Source of the DNA: an uncultured virus (IMG/VR IMGVR_UViG_3300027828_000031)
Lineage: Duplodnaviria > Heunggongvirae > Uroviricota > Caudoviricetes
DNA length: 64,000 nt
Reading direction: 5' to 3' (one strand)
IMG/VR virus record: IMGVR_UViG_3300027828_000031
The translations under genes and the position numbers were made by a program. The notes under the pieces were generated by a model. It saw only the letters and a list, made by a program, of their open reading frames with translations, did no database searches and was not told the DNA's origin. Shown here piece after piece: positions 1 through 8,520 of this stretch; positions within the stretch are counted from its first letter, which is position 1, and each line of letters opens with the position of its first letter.

Positions 1-684
1 ACCTGCATGGCATTGTCTAGATGTAGTATGTGGGTAATTCAACCCATAGTTAATATCTAGGTCTGTACCTTGACTGCCCTCAATGATCACATCTGTGCCA
101 ATATCTAATGATGCGTTGATATGGTCCATATAGTCCTGTATTATTATATTTTCTAGTAATGCCCGACCCTGTTCTATAGACAATCCATATAGCCCATGCT
201 CTGGATCTTTCCTATATATGTGTAACTCTTCCATCATGTCTAGGAATAATATTGCTTGTCGCATAGCTTTCTCTGCCAATGCCGCACCACATCCTTTGAA
301 TGTAGATCCTGACTTCAATTTCTTTTTCTCATAATCGCGATGATGGTCAAGTATAACTGCCGCTCTAGGATGTATATGTACCTTACGGTCACCCAAGATA
401 TCTTTATACTTGATAATCTCATCTGCCAGAATTGATGGTGTAATTGCCGCCCCTGGACCAATTACCAATATTGCATTTGGATTGAGAATTGATGTAGGTA
501 GATGCTGTACCATTGTTGTCTCACCATCAACAACTGTGGTATGTCCTGCATTTGACATGAAATTATTGATTGCAATGAATGGTCGATTATATTGTGATGC
601 GAACCAATCTACTACCTTACCTTTCCCACATGATCCGGCTTGGGAATCCATTATTATACGCACTGTACCTAGTTTAGAAATCAT
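1..684 (-). CDS. purZ: Adenylosuccinate synthetase-family protein with PurZ-type P-loop, 3'-partial (runs off window edge; absent from ORF track)
   Basis: Manual translation from ATG at 684 (GGAGG RBS): MISKLGTVRIIMDSQAGSCGKGK...NAGHT...GSTFKGCGAA...EGSQGTDLDINYGLNYPHTTSR. Ser replaces the catalytic Asp of PurA GDEGKG. AdSS family is secure; PurZ function is less so. Confidence 0.7.
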   Translation of the reverse strand, partial: MISKLGTVRIIMDSQAGSCGKGKVVDWFASQYNRPFIAINNFMSNAGHTTVVDGETTMVQHLPTSILNPNAILVIGPGAAITPSILADEIIKYKDILGDRKVHIHPRAAVILDHHRDYEKKKLKSGSTFKGCGAALAEKAMRQAILFLDMMEELHIYRKDPEHGLYGLSIEQGRALLENIIIQDYMDHINASLDIGTDVIIEGSQGTDLDINYGLNYPHTTSRQCHAG

Positions 685-685
685 A

Positions 686-1426
686 TTATACCTCCAAGTG
701 TTTATCTAGATAATTTTTAACCGACGATTGTATTGACTCTGCATTAGTGTGATTACCCACCATTATGGTGCACCATTTAATATTGTCTAAGAAATTCAAT
801 TTGATTTCAGCTTGTCTCATGAGTCTCTCATACATATCTTGCTGTGCTATTGATGTCTCTACACCATATTTGACATCTTGATAGTCTGGTTTATTGCGTT
901 TTAAAGATTTTTCAAAGAAATCTTCTGTTCCTTTTAGATTAATAATAAGGATGTTAACATCTTGTCTTGTAGCGATATCTCCAAGTATTTGACAATAGTT
1001 CATTAGTCCATCAAATGGATTATAACCCTTATATAGTACTGCATAAACAGCTTCACTAAAATAACTGCGATCCATGATTACATTGAAACAACCCATTGCT
1101 ACTAAATTCTCGCATCGTTCTAGCGCACCTATATGATATTCAAGCCCAACTTTTTCATGTAGTTCTTTCGATATTGGTGCACTGCCAGTTAGTCTCATCA
1201 GTTCACAATATTTATAGTTATCACGCAACCAATTAGTAAGTGTCGTTTTGCCTACACCCTGAGGTCCCTCTACTATTATAATAAATGGTTTATGATCCAT
1301 ATTCATCATCTCCTTAAATTGTGCACTGCCTCCAATTCTTCGGCAGATCGGGCATTGTAATAAATTCATATTCAGGGCATTAATCCACATTGGCCTAGTG
1401 TCACAGGTACTACATATTAGATCCAT
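686..1426 (-). CDS. Deoxynucleoside monophosphate (thymidylate-like) kinase with N-terminal CxxC..CxxC
   Basis: IIVEGPQGVGKTT P-loop and IMDRSYFSEAVY motif. Confidence 0.8.
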   Translation of the reverse strand: MDLICSTCDTRPMWINALNMNLLQCPICRRIGGSAQFKEMMNMDHKPFIIIVEGPQGVGKTTLTNWLRDNYKYCELMRLTGSAPISKELHEKVGLEYHIGALERCENLVAMGCFNVIMDRSYFSEAVYAVLYKGYNPFDGLMNYCQILGDIATRQDVNILIINLKGTEDFFEKSLKRNKPDYQDVKYGVETSIAQQDMYERLMRQAEIKLNFLDNIKWCTIMVGNHTNAESIQSSVKNYLDKHLEV

Positions 1427-2114
1427 ATTCTGTCACCACCCACATTGGTAATTGATTGACAAGATCTAAGAAGATCTCTGGTAGATATTCATTAACTTCC
1501 AGTAGAGCAGGGATCATTACCTCTCTAATCTGTGGATGAGCAAATTCACTAACTGCTCGTTGGCTGAATATTTCTCGCCATTCACGCATATTGGCTGTAA
1601 TTACAATACTAGCTTTAGTTGCATTTGGTAATACCCCACGCGCATACTCTGGTGGTATACCATGATCTATCATCTTATTGTAAATGAGTTCACTCTGTTC
1701 CAGTGCTACATTTAATAGGTGTCTATAATGTTGCATGTCTGTCTCTGTTAATTTATTCATCTTAGGTGAGAGTTCAATTGATGTGCATGGGTCTATCACA
1801 TTGATTTCATTTCCAAATCTGTCACCACCATAGTTACAGAATCTAGTTGATTCCTGACTAAATGATGCTAATCTATGGCGTACCATTTCATGTGTGATAC
1901 CTCTGTCAACAATAAATTTAATACTCATGCTACAATGTTCAATTACTGAGTGATGACCCCTCTGCATAATCATTTGCACAAATCCAGATGCTGAACCATC
2001 CTTAACTAAATGTGTTGATTGATAACACTGTCTACCACAATTCTCAATGTGATTGAGTATCTTGTTACGATCTAACTCAGTTAATATCTCATGTGAAGCT
2101 GTGATTACTTTCAT
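1410..2114 (-). CDS. thyX: Flavin-dependent thymidylate synthase
   Basis: GHHSVIEH and HEMVRHRLASFSQESTR (RHRxxSxxxxSxR). Confidence 0.95.
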   Translation of the reverse strand: MKVITASHEILTELDRNKILNHIENCGRQCYQSTHLVKDGSASGFVQMIMQRGHHSVIEHCSMSIKFIVDRGITHEMVRHRLASFSQESTRFCNYGGDRFGNEINVIDPCTSIELSPKMNKLTETDMQHYRHLLNVALEQSELIYNKMIDHGIPPEYARGVLPNATKASIVITANMREWREIFSQRAVSEFAHPQIREVMIPALLEVNEYLPEIFLDLVNQLPMWVVTEYGSNM

Positions 2115-2115
2115 A

Positions 2116-2187
2116 TCAATTCCCTCCTATACAACATCCCAATAGTCCACCAAATACTACAATTCCAGCTATTACAATAAATAGCAT
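2116..2187 (-). CDS. 23-aa hydrophobic peptide (not in ORF track)
   Basis: AGGAGG 7 nt before ATG; MLFIVIAGIVVFGGLLGCCIGGN; fills the gap between neighbours. Confidence 0.55.
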   Translation of the reverse strand: MLFIVIAGIVVFGGLLGCCIGGN

Positions 2188-2199
2188 TCTATTTCCTCC

Positions 2200-2484
2200 T
2201 TATCTTCTCTCTACCTTGATTTTCAGACATTTAGTACATTTATATGTGTATTGTGTGTCTGTATTACCAGCATAATGATCTGGATTAAGCTGTTTATCGA
2301 TCATCACATAGTCATGATCTCCTTCACATATCTTCCATCTGAGTTCCTTTAAATCTCTCATAGCATTGTGTTGCCACATGTCAATTTTTGGTGACCTATA
2401 TCTACGTGTAACTAATAATATAGTCAAGAAACATATTAAGATTGTCATTAATGCTAATACAGATATGAATTTACTAATATCCAT
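2200..2484 (-). CDS. Hypothetical membrane protein with C-terminal CxxC
   Basis: N-terminal TM segment; packed in operon. Confidence 0.6.
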   Translation of the reverse strand: MDISKFISVLALMTILICFLTILLVTRRYRSPKIDMWQHNAMRDLKELRWKICEGDHDYVMIDKQLNPDHYAGNTDTQYTYKCTKCLKIKVERR

Positions 2485-2485
2485 T

Positions 2486-2896
2486 TTACTTCCTCCTTAT
2501 TATTATATCTAATTCATCTCTTAGAAACTTGAGATATGTTAGCTCATCTTGTGTTGGTTGATACCCTTTTGTATTTAGCTGTCTATAATGCCATACAAGT
2601 TCTGTTAGATCAGTATTGTTGTTAATTTTGTCGGCTGTTCTAAAATCTACCTTTATGCGCAGTAGTCTTGGTATTGCCATCGTTCTATTACGTGCTATTG
2701 ATTGCCGCGATACGTTCTGTTTAACTGCCGCCTCTGCACATGTCATTCCTTGTGTATAGTCAACAATATCGCGTCTCTCAGCTCTAGTAAATTGATCATA
2801 CTGCTGTTGTACAGACAGAGAGCCATAGGCTTTCGCCACATGACTCCTCTCTTTTGGGCTATCGAATCTCTCTTTGCGTCCAGGCTTCTTGCACAT
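2486..2896 (-). CDS. Sigma70 region-4-like HTH protein
   Basis: FTRAERR...GMTCAEAAVKQNVSRQSIARNRTMAIPRL resembles sigma r4 HTH. Confidence 0.6.
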   Translation of the reverse strand: MCKKPGRKERFDSPKERSHVAKAYGSLSVQQQYDQFTRAERRDIVDYTQGMTCAEAAVKQNVSRQSIARNRTMAIPRLLRIKVDFRTADKINNNTDLTELVWHYRQLNTKGYQPTQDELTYLKFLRDELDIIIRRK

Positions 2897-2905
2897 AATT
2901 ACCTC

Positions 2906-3565
2906 CTATAGCTCATAACATCCAAGGTCAATATCGTTCTCGGGATTATATCTACCCATAATATAATCTGGTCTGCGCTGATCAGGTTGCGGGCATACTG
3001 CCAATATACGCCATCCTTGATTCATTAATCCCTGTAAATCTTGGGTGCATACATCTGTTTTAAATCCTACTTGATTTATGTTTAACATACCGAAGTTCGG
3101 CACGTGTACTTCACATTTTTGATTGAATTCCACACTCTTATCAAATTTCCGCATAACCGATTGCATTTCGTCAAATTGGCTTTTTAATTTATCTGCAATA
3201 TCAGTGAATGCCGCAACTCGCATATCTATTGCTTTTTCGCTAGTCATTGGCAATCCTCGCATTGAGAATTTGATTTCTGGATATACTGTCATCAATACTT
3301 GTGGATCTGCGATATACTCATTTCCTGATTTAATTAGATATGAATCGCAGTATCGTGCTAATTTCTTATCCTTTTCAGGATCATTAGCAATAGCCTCATC
3401 TAACGTGGCACTCCAGCTGTAAAATTGTTGGGGTTTGCTCCATTCTCCATCTTCAAATACCTGTACTCGTTGTTCACTATCTATGCTTTCGCCTACTATT
3501 TTTGATAGCTCATCTAATTTCTCTTTACTAACTGATGTCTCACTAAATGTAATTCTTGCTAACAT
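2906..3565 (-). CDS. Hypothetical phage protein
   Basis: RBS GGAGGAG before ATG 3565; C-terminal GWRILAVCPQPDQRRPDY motif. Confidence 0.7.
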   Translation of the reverse strand: MLARITFSETSVSKEKLDELSKIVGESIDSEQRVQVFEDGEWSKPQQFYSWSATLDEAIANDPEKDKKLARYCDSYLIKSGNEYIADPQVLMTVYPEIKFSMRGLPMTSEKAIDMRVAAFTDIADKLKSQFDEMQSVMRKFDKSVEFNQKCEVHVPNFGMLNINQVGFKTDVCTQDLQGLMNQGWRILAVCPQPDQRRPDYIMGRYNPENDIDLGCYEL

Positions 3566-3620
3566 AATTCTCCTCCTCGATTTATAAGAATGACACACCC
3601 AATGTCATCTTATTTGTTAA

Positions 3621-4427
3621 TTATTGCTTAATCCAATTCATTTCATCTACTAGTAAATCATGATTTGATTCAAGTTGATAGAAGTAATGTGGATTATTGC
3701 CTAAATCATTTGGCGTCCCAATTTTTGAGTTAGTTGACAATCCAATCTTTGAATTCTGCATTGCTACCCACATTCCATCAAATGGTTCCATTCCTAAACT
3801 AACTGGTGCATACAGTATAGATACTGGATTTGATCCGAAGCCATCATATTCTTGTGCTCTTTTAAATGATGATCTAATTTCGTCCCAATCACCTTCTGCT
3901 GTAAATTGTCCAGTATACATTGCTACAAAATCAGGGGCTACTACCTCAAACATCGGAATAAATGCATCATTCTGGTATGGATGCGATGTTTCTACCATTA
4001 AGGCACCATCAAATAGTTCAGGATAAAACTCTTCATATGATTGAACTATAATACCGCCGATGCTGTGTGCAAAGAAATAATTCTCTTCAACACCAATCTC
4101 TAGTACTAATTTATGTAGTGCTCTTGCTTGTCTCTGACAAGTGAGTGGTTGATCACCCAATGTAGAATCACCAAGTCCACGTCTGTCATAGGTTACTACT
4201 ACAGTATCTGCTGTTACAAACTTGGCTGGTAATTCTCCTAATGCTTCATCAGCATCTCCATAGCCCGTTACCATGAAAATTGCTTTAGTCGCACTCTCAA
4301 GACTTCCATAGACCTTGTAGCTCAGCTCTGCATTGCCATACTCGAATGTTGACTCTGTGGCAAAGCTACCCATTGACATACTGAACATTAATACCATAAT
4401 CATTAATAATGCTAACTTTCTTTTCAT
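3621..4427 (-). CDS. Secreted alpha/beta hydrolase
   Basis: Signal peptide MKRKLALLMIMVLMFSMSMGSFA; YDRRGLGDS; nucleophile elbow AHSIGG; C-terminal His. Confidence 0.85.
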   Translation of the reverse strand: MKRKLALLMIMVLMFSMSMGSFATESTFEYGNAELSYKVYGSLESATKAIFMVTGYGDADEALGELPAKFVTADTVVVTYDRRGLGDSTLGDQPLTCQRQARALHKLVLEIGVEENYFFAHSIGGIIVQSYEEFYPELFDGALMVETSHPYQNDAFIPMFEVVAPDFVAMYTGQFTAEGDWDEIRSSFKRAQEYDGFGSNPVSILYAPVSLGMEPFDGMWVAMQNSKIGLSTNSKIGTPNDLGNNPHYFYQLESNHDLLVDEMNWIKQ

Positions 4428-4458
4428 AACTGCATCTCCTTTTGTTTTCAAGTTTAAT

Positions 4459-4737
4459 TTATTTGGGTGTGTCATTGTTATCCTCCTTCATAGTCCTAAA
4501 ATGCTTGCGCAATGCCATGCCCATTTGTGCTGGCCCAACTTTAGGTCTATAAATCTTACTAATAAGATCGACAAGTTCAATTGCTGTAACACCTGTAACA
4601 ATTGCTACGGGCATAATTGCTTTACATATACTTATTGCCTGATCTTCATCATACATCGATGAATTTATAATCAAATTCACGTCCGCATTGCTATATCCTA
4701 AATGTTCTGCATATTCATATAATTCTTCTCTAGTCAT
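4459..4737 (-). CDS. Hypothetical protein
   Basis: RBS GGAGGA; operon packing. Confidence 0.6.
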   Translation of the reverse strand: MTREELYEYAEHLGYSNADVNLIINSSMYDEDQAISICKAIMPVAIVTGVTAIELVDLISKIYRPKVGPAQMGMALRKHFRTMKEDNNDTPK

Positions 4738-4747
4738 TGTTATCCTC

Positions 4748-4966
4748 CTATAAATATATATTAAATTTAATAATTATTCCATATGCTAATATTCTATTAT
4801 CATTTATCCAATTTATAAACTCATTATAGTCAGTCTCTGACTTATATGATGCTAGGACAATCGTTACTATATGATTAACATAGTCTTCATGGGCTTCAAT
4901 GAATTCTATATCTAATTTTCTACATTTCTTCTTAATATTATCAAGTGTAATTGCATTCTTATTCAA
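4748..4966 (-). CDS. Hypothetical protein
   Basis: RBS GGAGG; overlaps neighbour. Confidence 0.55.
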   Translation of the reverse strand: MNKNAITLDNIKKKCRKLDIEFIEAHEDYVNHIVTIVLASYKSETDYNEFINWINDNRILAYGIIIKFNIYL

Positions 4967-5261
4967 TAATATATACCTCCATCTTATCGGACCAATACAT
5001 CTTTAATTGGTTGCCGCCTACGTAAACATCTATATCACTATTATCAATTGCACCGCCTCTATCATGACACTCGAATATGCCTGTTCCGTTTAGCCAAGCT
5101 AAGTTCGGTATCCATACCATTGTACCAAATGGAAAGGAAGGACCCATAGCGATAGTCCTTCCATCTTCTACATATCTACCGCTGGCGGTTATACCATATA
5201 CTGGGTGATCTGGATATTTTTCACACGATTCATATGATAGGTCGTACGCGGTGACATGCAT
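4959..5261 (-). CDS. 3D (Asp-Asp-Asp) domain peptidoglycan hydrolase-like protein, possibly made as a -1 frameshift fusion
   Basis: VTAY...GITASG...IAMGPSFPFGT...HDRGGAI...IDVY. Confidence 0.85.
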   Translation of the reverse strand: MHVTAYDLSYESCEKYPDHPVYGITASGRYVEDGRTIAMGPSFPFGTMVWIPNLAWLNGTGIFECHDRGGAIDNSDIDVYVGGNQLKMYWSDKMEVYIIE

Positions 5262-5767
5262 TACTTTTTTGTAGCATTTTTAAATAAATTTAATGTTTCA
5301 GTCCAGTCATTCATGATTTTCTGTTGTGTTTCAATTTTGGTTTCAGCCAATTTTAAATCTAGTTTTAGATCCTTTATTTGCTCCTGTGATTCTATAACCT
5401 CACCCTCATGTTGAGTGATCATTTGGTCAATTATATTCTGATAGGCAATTTCCTGAATTTCTATTCGCTGATCTTTTATATATACTGAGAATAACAATAA
5501 TATAATAATTAATGCCATCATAATCGTAATTGGGTCGATTATCCATCGCTTCTTTCTTTTGAATGGAATAGGTCTGATCCAGTCATGGAGTGTATCATAA
5601 TTGAAGTATACTTTGCCATCTGTACATTGCACAAATAACTTCCTACCAGCATCATCAAATCCAGTTATTTCGCCCTGTTCGCCAGCATAGTCACCCTGTA
5701 GAACCCATACTTTCTGAAATAGATTCAGATCACGACTTGCATTAATCTTCTTCGGCTTGCGTTTCAT
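5261..5767 (-). CDS. Membrane-anchored coiled-coil protein with KOW-like N-terminus
   Basis: KVWVLQGDYAGEQGEI, TM helix, coiled coil; RBS GGAGGA before ATG 5767. Confidence 0.65.
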   Translation of the reverse strand: MKRKPKKINASRDLNLFQKVWVLQGDYAGEQGEITGFDDAGRKLFVQCTDGKVYFNYDTLHDWIRPIPFKRKKRWIIDPITIMMALIIILLLFSVYIKDQRIEIQEIAYQNIIDQMITQHEGEVIESQEQIKDLKLDLKLAETKIETQQKIMNDWTETLNLFKNATKK

Positions 5768-5978
5768 AGTAATCCTCCTCATTGAGTTCACCCTCTGTAA
5801 TCTCCTCAATTATTCTAGTTGTCATCTCAGCGCAGTAGCTACCCTCACATAAATTATGAGGTCCAGTATTGAATTTAGTGTCGTAATGATTCTGACAGTA
5901 CTCGCATACTGCCTCATCTATTAGTATTTTAGCCATCCTTATTATGCCTCCTTCTATTAAACCCGACAATTCTATCAA
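5742..5978 (-). CDS. Hypothetical Cys-rich protein
   Basis: CEYC, LCEGSYC; true start probably the internal MAKIL. Confidence 0.55.
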   Translation of the reverse strand: MIELSGLIEGGIIRMAKILIDEAVCEYCQNHYDTKFNTGPHNLCEGSYCAEMTTRIIEEITEGELNEEDYYETQAEED

Positions 5979-6249
5979 TTATTGTCTCGATACTTAACTC
6001 AATTTTAAAGAAATGATCTTCCCTTAATAGCGAACCACATTTTGATGTCTGAGTTATATTAATACTAGATGGATGCATAAAAATAATCTCGAATTCTTCT
6101 GTATTTGGATATATTTTACACATTAACATTTGTCCATTGTCCATTATTCTACCCCAAGTTTCGGTGACATGATCTGCGCTGTAATTATACAAACTATAAT
6201 CTCTTGATTTCATTATGTCTTGAATATGGTGTAATTGTATCTCGGTCAT
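5929..6249 (-). CDS. Hypothetical protein
   Basis: RBS GGAGG; operon packing. Confidence 0.6.
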   Translation of the reverse strand: MTEIQLHHIQDIMKSRDYSLYNYSADHVTETWGRIMDNGQMLMCKIYPNTEEFEIIFMHPSSINITQTSKCGSLLREDHFFKIELSIETIIDRIVGFNRRRHNKDG

Positions 6250-6251
6250 AT

Positions 6252-7979
6252 CTACACCTCCCTAATTTGTGGTGCATTATATCGCTTCTTCTTAGCATGC
6301 ATTACATTAAATTTGAATTCAGGATTCTTATCAAGATATTGTTCTACTTTATTACGTTTTATTGTAACCATATTTTTCATCGCTGTTACTTCGCCAGCTA
6401 AGAAGAATGCATCAAATAATTTATATGAGTCATATCCATCTGTATGTGGTGATTCTAATATTAATTGCTTACCATCTTCTAGCACAGTTGGTTTTCCAGC
6501 TATCGTATTTTGCTCAATTGCCGCTCTAACTGCATCATTTGCCTGTTTTCTAATATCACCAGCAATTCTTTCGACTGTAGCCGCCATATTCTTTGCACTA
6601 TAGAGTGTGTCTATATCAGATGCATCTAAGTTTATTGATTGTAGATATAGTGTTGGATTTGCAAGTACGCTATTGTATTTTCTACATTTAGCCTTACCTG
6701 AGCACCACGGGCAAAGATTATTGAGTGTTGCTGGGAATGTCTGTGCATTTTTAATCATATGCCACATACTGCTTATATAATCTAACACATTCTGTATATC
6801 CACATCATCATTAACTCTGCAAGGTTGCCATCCAAATCTAAACATTTCATATCCTGTACGCCATTCATCAACCTCAGGATACCAAATTCTACATATCGCT
6901 TCATATGCTTTCATCTGTAATGAATTATCTAGTTGTGATCTGGTAAATGCCTGTCTGTTTGATTTATAATCCTTAATTAAACCAACGGTCTTACCATCGA
7001 TCTTTTCCTTATAAATGGCAATAAGGTCAATTTTGGCCCCAAAGTGTGCATCACCTAATTTTCCACGGAACTCAGGTTCAACTGCTATCACTCTGTATGG
7101 TCTATTTTGATTAATTGGATTACGTCTAAAGTGGTCTTTTACTAAATTTAGTCCTTCTTCATATTTTTCTAATCCTAGGTCGGTCTCAGGTGGGCAATAT
7201 TTAGCATATATCTCTTTATATGTTTTCTCAAGGCACATAATCATGCCAGTCTTCATGAACATATCTTCCATTGCTTCACAGGTATCATGACATATCGTAC
7301 CCAGCCAACTATATTGGTTGTCGTCGCCTTCTGATGGGTCAGTGACTAGCATATAATCATTAAGTAAAGCACTCAAACATTGATTTGCTTTTTTGATCTT
7401 AGATACTGATAGGTAATCTAGATCGAAATTTATCGGTTTCCACATTGCTGGTATTCGCTCAATTGTTCCAGTTGGTGTTATGATCGTAGCTTCAAGCTCT
7501 CCTCGGTTATACCTCAATGAAACCCGAACTGGATCGAAAGGGGCGGCACCGTCTGGTATTGCTAATATCGGCAAAAAGCGGTTCACATCGGGTTCGAAGC
7601 CATCAACAAATTCTTTTAGCTGTTTTATATGGTCATCTATAAGAATGTAATCTGACATGTCAATTTTTGGTTGCTCACCGCGATTAAGTAAAAACTTATC
7701 GTATTCATCATGTAATAGATCATCATCATGACTTATTGAATCTATCTTACTCCAATTATCTATAGCCTCTTGCCCAGTAGATGTTGATATTATCCCAGTC
7801 TGTGTATCTTCTGTTGTTATTCTTTTAATTTTAGCTGGTGAGATTTTAAGTCCTGGGTCTGCCTTCTTCTTACATTCTAAGCACATTTGATTATTGCCAG
7901 CATATGCTGATACTTCCATAACTGCGCCACAGGTATTACAGTTAATATTCTTCTTCTTACCCTTTACTGCTGTTCCCAT
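6252..7979 (-). CDS. PD-(D/E)XK nuclease, AddB/RecB/Cas4-like, with N-terminal Zn ribbon
   Basis: LSVSKIK..QC, GTICH, AVEPEF, KIDL, DYKS, QMKAY, CPWCSGKAKC (Fe-S staple pattern). Confidence 0.85.
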   Translation of the reverse strand: MGTAVKGKKKNINCNTCGAVMEVSAYAGNNQMCLECKKKADPGLKISPAKIKRITTEDTQTGIISTSTGQEAIDNWSKIDSISHDDDLLHDEYDKFLLNRGEQPKIDMSDYILIDDHIKQLKEFVDGFEPDVNRFLPILAIPDGAAPFDPVRVSLRYNRGELEATIITPTGTIERIPAMWKPINFDLDYLSVSKIKKANQCLSALLNDYMLVTDPSEGDDNQYSWLGTICHDTCEAMEDMFMKTGMIMCLEKTYKEIYAKYCPPETDLGLEKYEEGLNLVKDHFRRNPINQNRPYRVIAVEPEFRGKLGDAHFGAKIDLIAIYKEKIDGKTVGLIKDYKSNRQAFTRSQLDNSLQMKAYEAICRIWYPEVDEWRTGYEMFRFGWQPCRVNDDVDIQNVLDYISSMWHMIKNAQTFPATLNNLCPWCSGKAKCRKYNSVLANPTLYLQSINLDASDIDTLYSAKNMAATVERIAGDIRKQANDAVRAAIEQNTIAGKPTVLEDGKQLILESPHTDGYDSYKLFDAFFLAGEVTAMKNMVTIKRNKVEQYLDKNPEFKFNVMHAKKKRYNAPQIREV

Positions 7980-7992
7980 TATATTCCTCCTA

Positions 7993-8265
7993 TTATTCAA
8001 TAAATTGTATTAAGATGAATTTATCAATTGGTACATCAATTACTTGATTTATGTTATTATAAACTCTTATGATTCCATCAACTCTATATCGATCCGGTGT
8101 CTTAATAATCTTTGATATCTCAGATTTAATAAATGGCGATTCAGTAGGATCCTCAATAAACTCAAAATTTAACATAAAGTCTATTATTTTATATCCAATC
8201 ATTTTTGTTATACCTAATTGATCATCTGTGACATTTGCTACTGCCATTGATTTTGTACTATCCAT
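7993..8265 (-). CDS. Hypothetical protein
   Basis: RBS AGGAGG. Confidence 0.6.
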   Translation of the reverse strand: MDSTKSMAVANVTDDQLGITKMIGYKIIDFMLNFEFIEDPTESPFIKSEISKIIKTPDRYRVDGIIRVYNNINQVIDVPIDKFILIQFIE

Positions 8266-8274
8266 GTTTACCTC

Positions 8275-8520
8275 CTATATTGACATTATATCAAATAATG
8301 ATACTGTTAACCTAATCCTAGTACCACGGTCACATATTATTTCTATTGATTCTGGTATACTACCCACTCCATTAACGACCCCTGTCATATATCCAACACT
8401 ATTGATTATATTATTATAAATTGCAAAGATTGGATATGTCTCGTCCTTTGTAATACCCAATCGTAAATCTGTTGTCAATGCTACTGCAAATAATCCATCA
8501 ATTCTAGAATGTTGTGGCAT
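8275..8520 (-). CDS. Hypothetical protein
   Basis: Operon packing; RBS upstream. Confidence 0.5.
   Translation of the reverse strand: MPQHSRIDGLFAVALTTDLRLGITKDETYPIFAIYNNIINSVGYMTGVVNGVGSIPESIEIICDRGTRIRLTVSLFDIMSI

Noticed and set aside
410..709. 99-aa plus-strand ORF, and the many other short antisense ORFs in the track
   Set aside because: Shadows of well-supported genes on the opposite strand (here the PurZ-like gene); no RBS or motifs.
6252..7979. Cas4 as part of a CRISPR-Cas system
   Set aside because: No cas1/cas2 or array; solo Cas4/AddB-like nucleases are common in phages.
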